Part shown: positions 19,396 to 27,872 of the stretch, in pieces | Position numbering within the stretch: the first letter of the stretch is position 1 | How the letters are laid out: each line of letters starts with the position of its first letter | The notes under the pieces: generated by a model | The model's database searches: none | What the model saw: only the letters and a program-made list of their open reading frames with translations | What the model was told of the DNA's origin: nothing | Assembly: GCA_964519095.1 (NCBI GenBank) | Contig: CAZFHV010000003.1 | Location: 1 to 38,953, forward strand | Length of the DNA stretch: 38,953 nt | Reading direction: 5' to 3' | Origin: an uncultured Chromatiaceae bacterium | GTDB taxonomy: Bacteria; Pseudomonadota; Gammaproteobacteria; Chromatiales; Chromatiaceae | Position numbers and translations under genes: made by a program

Positions 19396-20223
19396 TTACT
19401 TGGCGGCGTTGGGGAAGAAAAGCTGCTCGCCGTCGATCTTGAACTCGGCGATGGCCGCCTGCCCAGCGGGGCCCGTGATCCACTCGATGAAGCCCATCCC
19501 CGCCTCCCGCTTCACCTGGGGGTGCCGGGCGGGGTTGACCAGCATCACGCCGTAGGGATTGAACAGGGTCGGGTCGCCGGCGAACAGGAGCCCCAGGTCC
19601 TGGCGGTTCTTGAAGGAGAGCCAGGTCCCCCGGTCCGTCAGGGTATAGGCCCCCAGGGAGGCGGCCAGGTTCAGGGTAGGCCCCATGCCGGAGCCCGAGG
19701 ACCGGTAGCTGGGGAAGGCCTTGGGGTCCAGCCCGGCGGCCTTCCACAGGCGCAGCTCGGCTGCGTGGGTGCCGCTCTTGTCGCCCCGGGAGACGAAGGG
19801 TGTCTCACCCGCCGCGATCCGGGCGAAGGCATCGGCGGCGGTCTTGGCGTCCTGGGCCCGAGCGGGATCGGAGCGGGGGCCCACCAGGACGAAGTCGTTG
19901 TACATGACGTCCCGCCGCTCGGTCCCCCAGCCCTCCGCGACGAACTGGTCCTCCGCCGGCCGGTCGTGCACCAGGAGCACATCCGCATCCCCCCGCCGGC
20001 CGGTGTCCAGGGCCTGCCCGGTCCCCAGGGCCACCACCTTGACCTGGATCCCCGTCGCCTGCTGGAACAGGGGCAGGATATGGCCGAAGAGCCCCGACTG
20101 ATCGGTGGAGGTGGTGGAGGCCAGCAGGATGGACTCGGCGGCCCCCAGGCCCGGGGCGGCGCCCAGGACCAGGGCGAGGAGGATCGGTTTCGACCAGGTC
20201 AGAGGGGAAAGGCGATACGCCAT
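19396..20223 (-). CDS. tupA: Tungstate ABC transporter substrate-binding protein
   Basis: Signal peptide, then the ASTTSTDQSGL motif (the TTTS-x-x-SG signature of TupA). VLLVHDRPAEDQF and SRGDKSGTH. Overlaps the tupC 3' end by 25 nt. Confidence 0.85.
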   Translation of the reverse strand: MAYRLSPLTWSKPILLALVLGAAPGLGAAESILLASTTSTDQSGLFGHILPLFQQATGIQVKVVALGTGQALDTGRRGDADVLLVHDRPAEDQFVAEGWGTERRDVMYNDFVLVGPRSDPARAQDAKTAADAFARIAAGETPFVSRGDKSGTHAAELRLWKAAGLDPKAFPSYRSSGSGMGPTLNLAASLGAYTLTDRGTWLSFKNRQDLGLLFAGDPTLFNPYGVMLVNPARHPQVKREAGMGFIEWITGPAGQAAIAEFKIDGEQLFFPNAAK

Positions 20224-20918
20224 GGCAGCTCTCCGGCGATGAACAGTCGGGCCTCCGGGGATTGGGGCCGGGAGAAGAAGCGGGCCGTGGGGCTATGCTC
20301 GCGCACCCGCCCCCCTTCCAGGAAGACCACCTCGTCGGCCAGGCGCATGGCCTGGGCCAGGTTGTGGGTGGTCATGACCACCCGGGCCCCGTCGGTGCGG
20401 ATCTCGCGCACGATGCCCTCCACCGCCTCGGTGGCGGTGGGGTCCAGGGCCGCGGTGGGCTCGTCCAGGAGCAGGAGCCGAGGTCGCACCACCCAGGCCC
20501 GGGCCAGGGCCAGGCGCTGGCGCTCCCCCCCGGAGAGGTGCCGGGCGCTGTCTCGGGCACGGTGCCCCAGCCCCACCCGGGCCAGGACCTCCAGGGTGCG
20601 CCGCCGCATCTCGGCCCGCGCCAGCCCCAGGGGCCGCAGCCCCAGGGCCACGTTGTGGGCCACGCTGGTGCGTAGCAGCAGGGGGTGCTGGAACACCATG
20701 GCGATCCGCCCCGGCGGCGCGGCCTCCTGGCCCCAGCCGATGCGTCCCCCCTGGGGCCGCTCCAGGCCCGCCAGCAGGCGCAGCAGCAGGGTCTTGCCCG
20801 CCCCGTTGGGGCCCAGCACCAGGGTGATGCCCTCGCCGTCCAGGGTCAGGTCGATGCCCTGCAGGACCGCCCGGCCACCGGGCAGGTAGCATACCTGGTC
20901 CAGGCGGATGGGGAGCAC
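20199..20918 (-). CDS. tupC: Tungstate ABC transporter ATP-binding protein
   Basis: Walker A GPNGAGKT, signature LSGGERQRLALARA, Walker B LLLLDEP. GTG start 2 nt after the tupB stop. Confidence 0.85.
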   Translation of the reverse strand: MLPIRLDQVCYLPGGRAVLQGIDLTLDGEGITLVLGPNGAGKTLLLRLLAGLERPQGGRIGWGQEAAPPGRIAMVFQHPLLLRTSVAHNVALGLRPLGLARAEMRRRTLEVLARVGLGHRARDSARHLSGGERQRLALARAWVVRPRLLLLDEPTAALDPTATEAVEGIVREIRTDGARVVMTTHNLAQAMRLADEVVFLEGGRVREHSPTARFFSRPQSPEARLFIAGELPWRIAFPL

Positions 20919-20920
20919 CC

Positions 20921-21616
20921 TCAGCCGTACCTACGCATGGCCCACTGCCGCAGGCCGAAGGCCAGGGCGTTGAGGGCGATGACCACCGAGATCAGCACCA
21001 GCCCCAGCGCAATGGAGAGCGGCAAATCGCCCTTGGCGGTCTCCAGGGCGATGGCGGTGGTCATGACCCGGGTGAAACCCTCGATGTTGCCGCCCACGAT
21101 CATCACCGCGCCCACCTCGGACATGGCCCGCCCGAGCCCCGCCAGCACCGCCACCACCAGGGAGTAGCGGCAGTCGTGGAGCAGAGTCCGGACCGCCAGG
21201 GGGCGGCTGAAGCCCAGGGCGGTGAGCTCGGGGCGGTACTCCCGCCAGGCGTCCTCGATGGTCTGGCGGGCGAGGGCGGCGATCAGAGGCGTTACCAGCA
21301 GGGTCTGGGCGGTGACCATGGCGGTAGGGGAGTAGAGGAGCCCCAGGGACCCCAAGGGTCCCGAGCGGGAGAGGGCCAGATAGACGACGACCCCTAGCAC
21401 CACGGGCGGCATCCCCATCATCCCGTTGAGGAGCACCGTGAGGGGGGTGCGGCCCGGGAACTCGGCCACCGCGAGCCAGGCCCCCAGGGGGAGCCCAATC
21501 AGGGACCCCAGGGCCGTGGCCCCCAGGCTCACCTGGAAGGAGAGCCAGACGATGGCCAGGACCTCCGGATCCAGCCGCGCCAGCAGGGAGAGCGCTTCGA
21601 GGAGGGTGGCGCCCAC
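20921..21616 (-). CDS. tupB: Tungstate ABC transporter permease
   Basis: 231 aa from GTG 21616 (4 nt after the upstream stop). Five or six TM helices and an ABC permease EAA-like region (IEDAWREYRPELTALGFS). The longer ORF to 21688 overlaps the upstream gene. Confidence 0.8.
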   Translation of the reverse strand: MGATLLEALSLLARLDPEVLAIVWLSFQVSLGATALGSLIGLPLGAWLAVAEFPGRTPLTVLLNGMMGMPPVVLGVVVYLALSRSGPLGSLGLLYSPTAMVTAQTLLVTPLIAALARQTIEDAWREYRPELTALGFSRPLAVRTLLHDCRYSLVVAVLAGLGRAMSEVGAVMIVGGNIEGFTRVMTTAIALETAKGDLPLSIALGLVLISVVIALNALAFGLRQWAMRRYG

Positions 21617-21620
21617 CGCC

Positions 21621-21965
21621 TCAACCGCCCCCCCGGTGGGTCGCCAGGTCCAGGCGGGCCAGAAGCCGCGCCCGATCCCCCGCCCCACCGCCGCTGCAGC
21701 GGATGCGGACCCCGAGGGTGGGCAGCCGCAAGCCGCCGATCACCCGATCAGGTCCCGGATGCAGGCTGATCTCCAGGCACAGCGCCCCCTGCTGGACCCG
21801 GTACTCCTGGGGGCCGCCCGCCACGGCGCCGGGAAAGGCGCTCTCCAGGCCCCGGGCAAGCTCCTCCACCGAGGCGGACATCTCCCGCTCCAGCAGCTCG
21901 ACGCCTTCATCCGCCTGCATGGGGACCCCGGCGGCGAGCCGCCCCCCTGGATGGCCGAGCCCCAC
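21621..21965 (-). CDS. Small hypothetical protein in the AorE position of the AOR operon
   Basis: 99-114 aa, high GC3, wedged between the MoaD-like gene and tupB with 4-6 nt gaps. No motif recognised. Start is either GTG 21965 or ATG 21920. Confidence 0.5.
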   Translation of the reverse strand: MGLGHPGGRLAAGVPMQADEGVELLEREMSASVEELARGLESAFPGAVAGGPQEYRVQQGALCLEISLHPGPDRVIGGLRLPTLGVRIRCSGGGAGDRARLLARLDLATHRGGG

Positions 21966-21971
21966 CCTCGC

Positions 21972-22223
21972 TCAGCCGCCGGCGATGGGTGGCCAGACCG
22001 CGAGCTGGTCCCCCGGCTCCAGGCGGTGGAGGGGACGAGCGCCCGGGGGGATGAAGACCCCGTTGACCAGCACCAGATGCACCAGGCGCTCGGGGAGGTG
22101 CTGACGGTTCAGGACGGCTTGCACCGTGTCCGAGGGATCGATCTCCAGATCCACCCGGTTGTCGTGGCTGCCGTGGGGGAGGTAGTCCCCAAGGGTGGCG
22201 AAGAGCTTGAGGGTGATGCGCAT
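21972..22223 (-). CDS. aorD: MoaD/ThiS-family sulfur-carrier protein (AorD-like)
   Basis: 83 aa from ATG 22223 (SD GAGGGG 5 nt upstream). Ubiquitin-like length and the diagnostic C-terminal ...PPIAGG* di-glycine. Confidence 0.85.
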   Translation of the reverse strand: MRITLKLFATLGDYLPHGSHDNRVDLEIDPSDTVQAVLNRQHLPERLVHLVLVNGVFIPPGARPLHRLEPGDQLAVWPPIAGG

Positions 22224-22242
22224 CGCCACCCCTCGGCAGGCT

Positions 22243-23592
22243 TCAATGGAGCCCCGCGATGGGCCCCAGCACCACAGGGTGCTGGCTGCAGGCCATGTGG
22301 GCCTCGGGGAAGCGCAGGGGCGCCTCCTTGAGGACCTGCTTCCAGCGCCCCAGGGGGGTCTTGTTCTGGATCAGGCCCCGCAGGACCCCCACGTGCTGAG
22401 TCAGACCGAGGGATGTGGCCCCGATGAGGACGTCGCCCCGGAACTGGAGGCTGAGGTAGCGGTAGTGCTCCTCGTCCACCAGCTCCACGCCATCGGACCC
22501 CTCGCCCCCCCACCACTGGCCGAAGGAGGAGGAGATGAGCCCGAGGCTGTCCAGGACGTTGATGGCCAGGACCCCCGGCAGGCGCACGTCCTGCCCCGCC
22601 ATGTTGAGGGCCGCCACCCGCGCCTGATCCGCGGCGTTGGGCTGGATGGCGGAGACCAGGTGGGCCCCGGTGAAGATGTCCGGCGCCTCGGCCACGTCAC
22701 CGGCGGCGAAGATGCCCGGCACGGAGGTCTCCAGGCGGTCGTTCACCAGCACCCCCTTGGCCACATGGACGGGGGTGGCCTCCAGGAAACCCACGTTGGG
22801 GGTCACTCCGGCGGAGACGATCAGGAGGTCGCACTCGAGGCTGACGCCGGTGTTGAGATGCACCCGCAGGGGCCCGTCGCCGGCGGGGCTGCTCGGTGCC
22901 AAGCGCTCCCGCAGGGCGTGGAGGGCGCCCAAAATCCCCGAGCTCGGGGGCGAGCCGGCCTGCTCCACCCGATCCACGCCGGCCTGCGTGATCACCCGGA
23001 TGCCCTTGGCCTCCACCCAGCGGCGGATCAGATTGCCGGCCTTGGGGGTCATCATGCGCGGGACCAGGCGGTCGCCCAGCTCCACCACGGTGAGCTCCAC
23101 CCCCCGGGCCGCCAGGGACTCCATGATGATGCAGCCGATGAAGCCGGCCCCGAGCTGGACCACCCGGCTCCCCGGTACCGCGTAGCGGGCGATGGCCCGG
23201 GCGTCCTCCAGGGTCCAGCAGGTCAGGACCCGGGGCAGATCGATGCCGGGGATGGGGGGACGGATGGGGTGGGCCCCGGTGGCGATGAGCAGCCGATCAT
23301 AGGACTCGCGGCTGCCGTCGTCGAACAGGACGTCCCGCTGGTCGGTGTGCAGGGCCACGGCGCGGCCGTGCCGGCTACGAATACCCAGGCCCAGATAGTG
23401 TCCCGGGTCCTTGCGCAGATAGGTCCCCGCCTCGTCGATCTGGCCCTCGAGAAGATAGGGGATGGCCATGCGGGAATAAGGTGGCACGTCCTCGCAGCCG
23501 GTGAGGACGATCTCGGCGGTGGGATCCGCGCGGCGCAGGGTCTCCGCCGCCAGGACCCCGGCGGGGCCATTGCCCAGGATGAGGTGCTTCAT
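22243..23592 (-). CDS. aorC: FAD/NAD(P)-dependent pyridine-nucleotide oxidoreductase (AorC-like electron-transfer subunit)
   Basis: 449 aa. Two Rossmann dinucleotide motifs (ILGNGPAGV, VVQLGAGFIGC) and AAGDVAE near the C-terminal FAD site. Confidence 0.85.
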   Translation of the reverse strand: MKHLILGNGPAGVLAAETLRRADPTAEIVLTGCEDVPPYSRMAIPYLLEGQIDEAGTYLRKDPGHYLGLGIRSRHGRAVALHTDQRDVLFDDGSRESYDRLLIATGAHPIRPPIPGIDLPRVLTCWTLEDARAIARYAVPGSRVVQLGAGFIGCIIMESLAARGVELTVVELGDRLVPRMMTPKAGNLIRRWVEAKGIRVITQAGVDRVEQAGSPPSSGILGALHALRERLAPSSPAGDGPLRVHLNTGVSLECDLLIVSAGVTPNVGFLEATPVHVAKGVLVNDRLETSVPGIFAAGDVAEAPDIFTGAHLVSAIQPNAADQARVAALNMAGQDVRLPGVLAINVLDSLGLISSSFGQWWGGEGSDGVELVDEEHYRYLSLQFRGDVLIGATSLGLTQHVGVLRGLIQNKTPLGRWKQVLKEAPLRFPEAHMACSQHPVVLGPIAGLH

Positions 23593-23639
23593 GGGTTCGA
23601 CTCCCGGATGCTCGGATTGGGGTTCGGGTCTGGGGATAG

Positions 23640-23679
23640 GACCGGCGTCTTCCAGAGACCTCCCTGGAAGACGCCGGTC
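23640..23679 (-). promoter_or_regulatory. Perfect 16-bp stem / 8-nt loop hairpin between the AOR catalytic gene and aorC
   Basis: GACCGGCGTCTTCCAG (23640-23655) and CTGGAAGACGCCGGTC (23664-23679) are exact reverse complements. The hairpin lies in the 117-nt gap of an otherwise tightly packed operon, and no U-tract follows it on the coding strand. Confidence 0.8.
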
Positions 23680-23709
23680 GCGCGGGGCGCCGTACCTAGC
23701 CCGGGGGGC

Positions 23710-25557
23710 TCAGAGCCCCAGTCGCTGCAGGGTCTCGGTCTTGGGCACCCCCTCCGCGTCCCAGCCCCGCAGCTCGTAGTACTCGGGCAGCATGACGTCG
23801 AGGCCGTTGACCAGGCCCTTGGCGGGACCGGTCTTGGCCGGCTCGGTCTTGAGCCTCGGCGGCAGGTCGTCGTCCTTCTTGGTGAGGCCGGCGGCCAGGT
23901 TGAACTGCTTCTCCATGTTCCAGATGCGCTCCCCGACCTCGTTGAGGCGCTCCAGGGACCAGTCGCCCTCGCAGGCGGCCTGGATCTGGGGCTGGATGTC
24001 CGCCAGGCCCCAGGCGAAGCTGGTGAAGATGCAGAGCCCCGAGGCGTCGAAGGCCGCGGTGGCGTCCTGGAAGGCCTTGACCAGCCCCGCCTTGCCCTCG
24101 GTGACCAGGGGGTCGGTCTTGAAGGGGATCCCCAGGACCTCGGAGGCCACGGTATAGCCCCGCAGATGGCAGGCCCCGCGGTTCGAGGTCGCGTAGGCGA
24201 GTCCCATGCCCTGGATGCCGCGGGAGTCGTAGGCGGGGAACTCCTGGCCCTTGACGGTCATGGACAGCTCGGGCCGGCCGTAGCGGGTGCAGAGGCGCCT
24301 GGACCCCTCCCCCAGCTCCCGACCGAAGCCCTCGCCCCGGGCGGTCATCTCCGCGAGGGTCACCAGGGCCTGGGCCGAGCCGAAGGGGGCCTCGAGTCCG
24401 ATCTGCTCCTTGGTGAGGATCCCGAGCTCATAGAGCTCCATGGCCGCGCCCACCGTGGCCCCGAAGGAGATGGGGTCCATCCCCTGCTCGTTGCAGATGA
24501 GATTGGCGTATTGGAGGGCCTCCAGGTCCCCCACCCCGTTGGCCGCCCCCAGGGCCCAGGCCGCCTCGTATTCCAGGCCGCCGGAGGCGCCCCAGTACTC
24601 GGGCTTGGTGACCACCGAGAAGTGGGTCTCGTCGATCTTCGAGATGCGCCCGCAGGCGATGGTGCAGCCGAAGCAGGCGGCGTTGGTCACCAGATGCGGC
24701 TTGCCGTCGCTCGCGCGCGGCTCGTGCATCGCCTCGCCCGAGATCTTCCCGGCCTCCTCGAACTGAACGTCACGGTGGTTGCGGGTGGGCAGGGCCCCGA
24801 TCTCGTTGATGACGTTCATCAGGACCTGGGTCCCGTACTTGGGCAGGCCAGCGCCGGTGACGGCGTTCGCCGCCAGGATCTGCTTCTTCTCCGCCGTGAC
24901 CTTGAGGAACTCCGGGAAGTCGCGGAGGGTGCCGAGCCCCTTGGTCCCGCGGACGGCCACCGCCTTGAGGTTCTTGGAGCCCATCACGGCCCCCACCCCC
25001 GAGCGTCCCGCCGCCCGGTGCAGGTCGTTGACCACGCAGGCGTAGAGGACGCCGTTCTCGCCGGCCTGGCCGATGGAGGAGATGCGGATCTGGGGGTCCT
25101 GATGGGTGGCCCTGATGGTCTCCTCCGTCACCCAGGTGCTCTTGCCCCAGAGGTGGGCGGCGTCACGCAGCTCCGCCTCGTCGTTCTCCAGGTAGAGGTA
25201 GACCGGCTTGGGGGAGCGACCCTCGAAGATGATCAGGTCCCAGCCGGCGAACTTCATCTCCGCCCCGAAGAAGCCCCCGGAGTTGGAGCAGGCGATGGCC
25301 CCGGTGAGGGGTCCCTTGGTGATGACGGTGTAACGCCCGCCGGTGGAGGCCAGGGTGCCGGTCAGGGGTCCGGTGGCCATGATGAGCTTGTTGGCCGGGG
25401 AGAGGGGGTCGACCTTGGGGTCGATCTCCTCCACCAGGTACTTGCTGGCGAGCCCGCGGGAGCCGAGGTAGTCGAACGCCCAGTCCATGTTCAGGGGCTC
25501 GGGGGTGCAGGTGCCCTCGGTGAGGTTGACGCGCAGGATCTGACGGTTCCAGGCCAT
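23710..25557 (-). CDS. aorB: Tungsten-dependent aldehyde:ferredoxin oxidoreductase, catalytic subunit (AOR family, AorB-like)
   Basis: 615 aa from ATG 25557 (SD GAGGAGGAG). N-terminal ILRVNLTEGT...GSRGLASKYL...ATGPLTG...GRYTVITKGPLTG and later GCTIACGR 4Fe-4S region and NRGACHLRGY are typical of the AOR family. The 825-aa track ORF is an upstream read-through. Confidence 0.9.
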   Translation of the reverse strand: MAWNRQILRVNLTEGTCTPEPLNMDWAFDYLGSRGLASKYLVEEIDPKVDPLSPANKLIMATGPLTGTLASTGGRYTVITKGPLTGAIACSNSGGFFGAEMKFAGWDLIIFEGRSPKPVYLYLENDEAELRDAAHLWGKSTWVTEETIRATHQDPQIRISSIGQAGENGVLYACVVNDLHRAAGRSGVGAVMGSKNLKAVAVRGTKGLGTLRDFPEFLKVTAEKKQILAANAVTGAGLPKYGTQVLMNVINEIGALPTRNHRDVQFEEAGKISGEAMHEPRASDGKPHLVTNAACFGCTIACGRISKIDETHFSVVTKPEYWGASGGLEYEAAWALGAANGVGDLEALQYANLICNEQGMDPISFGATVGAAMELYELGILTKEQIGLEAPFGSAQALVTLAEMTARGEGFGRELGEGSRRLCTRYGRPELSMTVKGQEFPAYDSRGIQGMGLAYATSNRGACHLRGYTVASEVLGIPFKTDPLVTEGKAGLVKAFQDATAAFDASGLCIFTSFAWGLADIQPQIQAACEGDWSLERLNEVGERIWNMEKQFNLAAGLTKKDDDLPPRLKTEPAKTGPAKGLVNGLDVMLPEYYELRGWDAEGVPKTETLQRLGL

Positions 25558-25571
25558 GAGTCTTCTCCTCC

Positions 25572-26042
25572 TCAAAGGGTGGCGGCGTTGGCGCGCTGGG
25601 CCCAGGCCCGCATGCGCTCCAGTCCGGTCCAGTCGGCGTCCACGTAGGTGATGGCCGCCGTGGGACAGGCCGTGACGCAGGCCGGGTCGCCGTCGCAGAG
25701 GTCGCACTTCTGGACCTTGCCGACGTCGCTCATGTAGTTGATGGTGCCGAAGGGGCAGGCGATGGTGCAGACCTTGCAGCCCACGCAGGTGGCCTCCAGG
25801 ACCACCTTGGCGCCGGTGGCCCCATCCAGGCGGATGGCGTCCACCGGGCAGGCGTGCATGCACCAGGCGTCGCTGCACTGGGTGCAGGTATAGGGCACCT
25901 TGCGCCCCTCGTGCTCGAAGTTGAAGACCTTGATCCTCGACTTCGACGGGTTGATGGACTGCGTATGGGTGTAGGAGCACGCCATCTCGCATTGCAGGCA
26001 ACCCGTACACTTCACCGGGTCGATAAAGAGCGACTTCTGCAT
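25572..26042 (-). CDS. aorA: Poly-ferredoxin with four 4Fe-4S motifs (AorA-like)
   Basis: 156 aa from ATG 26042. CTGCLQCEMAC, CTQCSDAWCMHACP, CVGCKVCTIACP, CDLCDGDPACVTACP. Confidence 0.88.
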   Translation of the reverse strand: MQKSLFIDPVKCTGCLQCEMACSYTHTQSINPSKSRIKVFNFEHEGRKVPYTCTQCSDAWCMHACPVDAIRLDGATGAKVVLEATCVGCKVCTIACPFGTINYMSDVGKVQKCDLCDGDPACVTACPTAAITYVDADWTGLERMRAWAQRANAATL

Positions 26043-26215
26043 GGATCCCCCTCGCGGTTTTGGTGGCGGGACAGGCCGGCAGCCTCTTTGGGCCATTTCT
26101 TACCGGTACGCTTCGCGAGTATTGCGCAACTTGGCCTCGGCTGCCAGGGTGGGCTCGGTGCAAGACGAGCGGGGGCGCAGATTTCACCGCCCCTGGCGGC
26201 CGTCCCGATGGGCGC

Positions 26216-26221
26216 TACAAT
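26216..26221 (+). promoter_or_regulatory. Possible -10 element for the formate dehydrogenase operon
   Basis: TACAAT lies 37 nt upstream of the ATG at 26259. There is no convincing -35 (CTGGCG at the 17-nt position), so the promoter may be activator-dependent or spurious. Confidence 0.2.
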
Positions 26222-26258
26222 CCGGATTGCCGTCCCGCCGGGCGGGAGGAGGTGGAGC

Positions 26259-27872
26259 ATGTCGCAGAATCTTCGGGCCCTGTGCGCCCGCAAGGGGGTG
26301 GAAGGGGGCCTGCTGCAGGCCCTGGAGGGGGCGGCGGCCGGGTCGGGGACGCCTCCCGAGGCGGAACTGCGCCGGCTCGCCGGGGACTTCCGTCTCTCCG
26401 CCGCTGCCGTGCTCGGCACCGCATCCTTCTACGACTTGCTCGCCCCCGGCCACCGGGGCGTGCGGGGCCATGTCTGCTCCGGCACCGCCTGCCTACTGGC
26501 GGGCCGGCAGGGGGAGGCGCGGGAGCGGCTGCGTCAGACCCTCAGGGAGGATGAGATCGGGGCCATGGCCTGCCTCGGCCGCTGCTTTCGGGGCGGGGCC
26601 TTCGAGGTCGATGGGCGCCAGTACGATGCCGCCGACCTGGATGGTCACCCCTCGGCCGCCGAGCCGATCCCCTTTCATTCGGCCGCGACCCCATCGGTAT
26701 TCGCACCCCTGGATGAAGATCCCCTGGACGACTACCGTTGGGCCCTGCGCCCCCCGGGGGACGTCCGCGCCGAGCTGGAAGCCTCGCGCCTGCGGGGTCG
26801 GGGCGGCGCGGGCTTCCCCCTGGCCCGCAAGCTCGCGGCCTGCGTCGAGGCGGTGGGGGATGTGAAGTACGTCGTCTGCAACGCCGACGAGGGGGACCCC
26901 GGTGCCTTCTCCGATCGCTGGCTGCTCGAGGAGCACCCGCACCGGGTCATGGCCGGGATGCTGGCCACCGGGCTCGCGGTCGGCGCCCGCACGGGCGTGC
27001 TCTACGTCCGCGCCGAGTACCCCGGGGCCAGCGCGCGGGTCAGGGAGGCCATCGACGCCTTCCATGCCAGCGCCATCGCCCAGGAGACCGGCTTCCGCTT
27101 CGTGCTGGTGCGGGGTGCGGGGTCCTACGTCTGCGGCGAGGAGACGGCGCTGCTCAACTCCATCGAGGGTCTGCGCCCGGAGGTGCGGGTCCGGCCGCCC
27201 TACCCGGCCCAGCAGGGCCTGTTCGGCCGGCCGACCCTGGTCAGCAACGTGGAGACCTTCGCCTGCGTGCCCTGGATCCTGCGCCACAGCGGCACCGCCT
27301 TCGCGGCGATTGGGACGGCCGAGAGCACGGGCACCAAGCTGGTCTGTCTCGATCACTGCTTCCAGCGGCCGGGGGTCTACGAGGTCCCCCTGGGCCTGCC
27401 CCTCGATGCCCTGCTCTACGAGTTGGGGGGCGGCTTCCGGCGACCCGTCAAGGCCCTGCAGATCGGCGGCCCCCTGGGCGGGGTGGTCCCCTTGGGTCTC
27501 ACCAGCGGGCTCAGCCTCGATTTCGAGTCCTTCGCCGGGGAGGGCTTCCTGCTCGGCCACGCCAGCGTCCTCGCCATCCCGGCCGACTTCCCCCTGGGGG
27601 ACTTTCTGGCCCACCTGTTCGAGTTCGCGAGCCACGAGTCCTGCGGCAAGTGCTTCCCTTGCCGCCTCGGCACGCACCGCGGCCACCAGTGGCTGCGCGA
27701 TGCGACCCCCGAGCGGCCGATCGACGCCGAGGCCTTCGCCGACCTGCTCGAGACTCTGGAGCTCGGCGCCCTCTGCGCCCTGGGCGGTGGGCTGCCGCTG
27801 CCGGTGCGCAATCTACTGAGGCACTTCGGCGAGGAGCTGCGACCCCTGTTTCGCGGAGGGCCGCCGGCATGA
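26259..27872 (+). CDS. NAD-dependent formate dehydrogenase beta subunit, NuoE-NuoF fusion (Fdh1B-like)
   Basis: 537 aa. NuoE-type 2Fe-2S (VCSGTACLLAG ... CLGRCF). NuoF-type FMN/NADH sites (GRGGAGFPLARKL, VCNADEGDPGAF, YVCGEETALLNSIEG) and 4Fe-4S (ESCGKCFPCRLG). SD GGGAGGAGG. ATGA overlap with the next gene. Confidence 0.9.
   Translation: MSQNLRALCARKGVEGGLLQALEGAAAGSGTPPEAELRRLAGDFRLSAAAVLGTASFYDLLAPGHRGVRGHVCSGTACLLAGRQGEARERLRQTLREDEIGAMACLGRCFRGGAFEVDGRQYDAADLDGHPSAAEPIPFHSAATPSVFAPLDEDPLDDYRWALRPPGDVRAELEASRLRGRGGAGFPLARKLAACVEAVGDVKYVVCNADEGDPGAFSDRWLLEEHPHRVMAGMLATGLAVGARTGVLYVRAEYPGASARVREAIDAFHASAIAQETGFRFVLVRGAGSYVCGEETALLNSIEGLRPEVRVRPPYPAQQGLFGRPTLVSNVETFACVPWILRHSGTAFAAIGTAESTGTKLVCLDHCFQRPGVYEVPLGLPLDALLYELGGGFRRPVKALQIGGPLGGVVPLGLTSGLSLDFESFAGEGFLLGHASVLAIPADFPLGDFLAHLFEFASHESCGKCFPCRLGTHRGHQWLRDATPERPIDAEAFADLLETLELGALCALGGGLPLPVRNLLRHFGEELRPLFRGGPPA

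Noticed and set aside
26131-26147. Sigma54-like TGGC...TGC element in the aorA/fdh divergent region
   Set aside because: In TGGCCTCGGCTGC the GG and GC dinucleotides are 2 nt closer than the -24/-12 consensus spacing, and no enhancer-binding-protein gene lies nearby.
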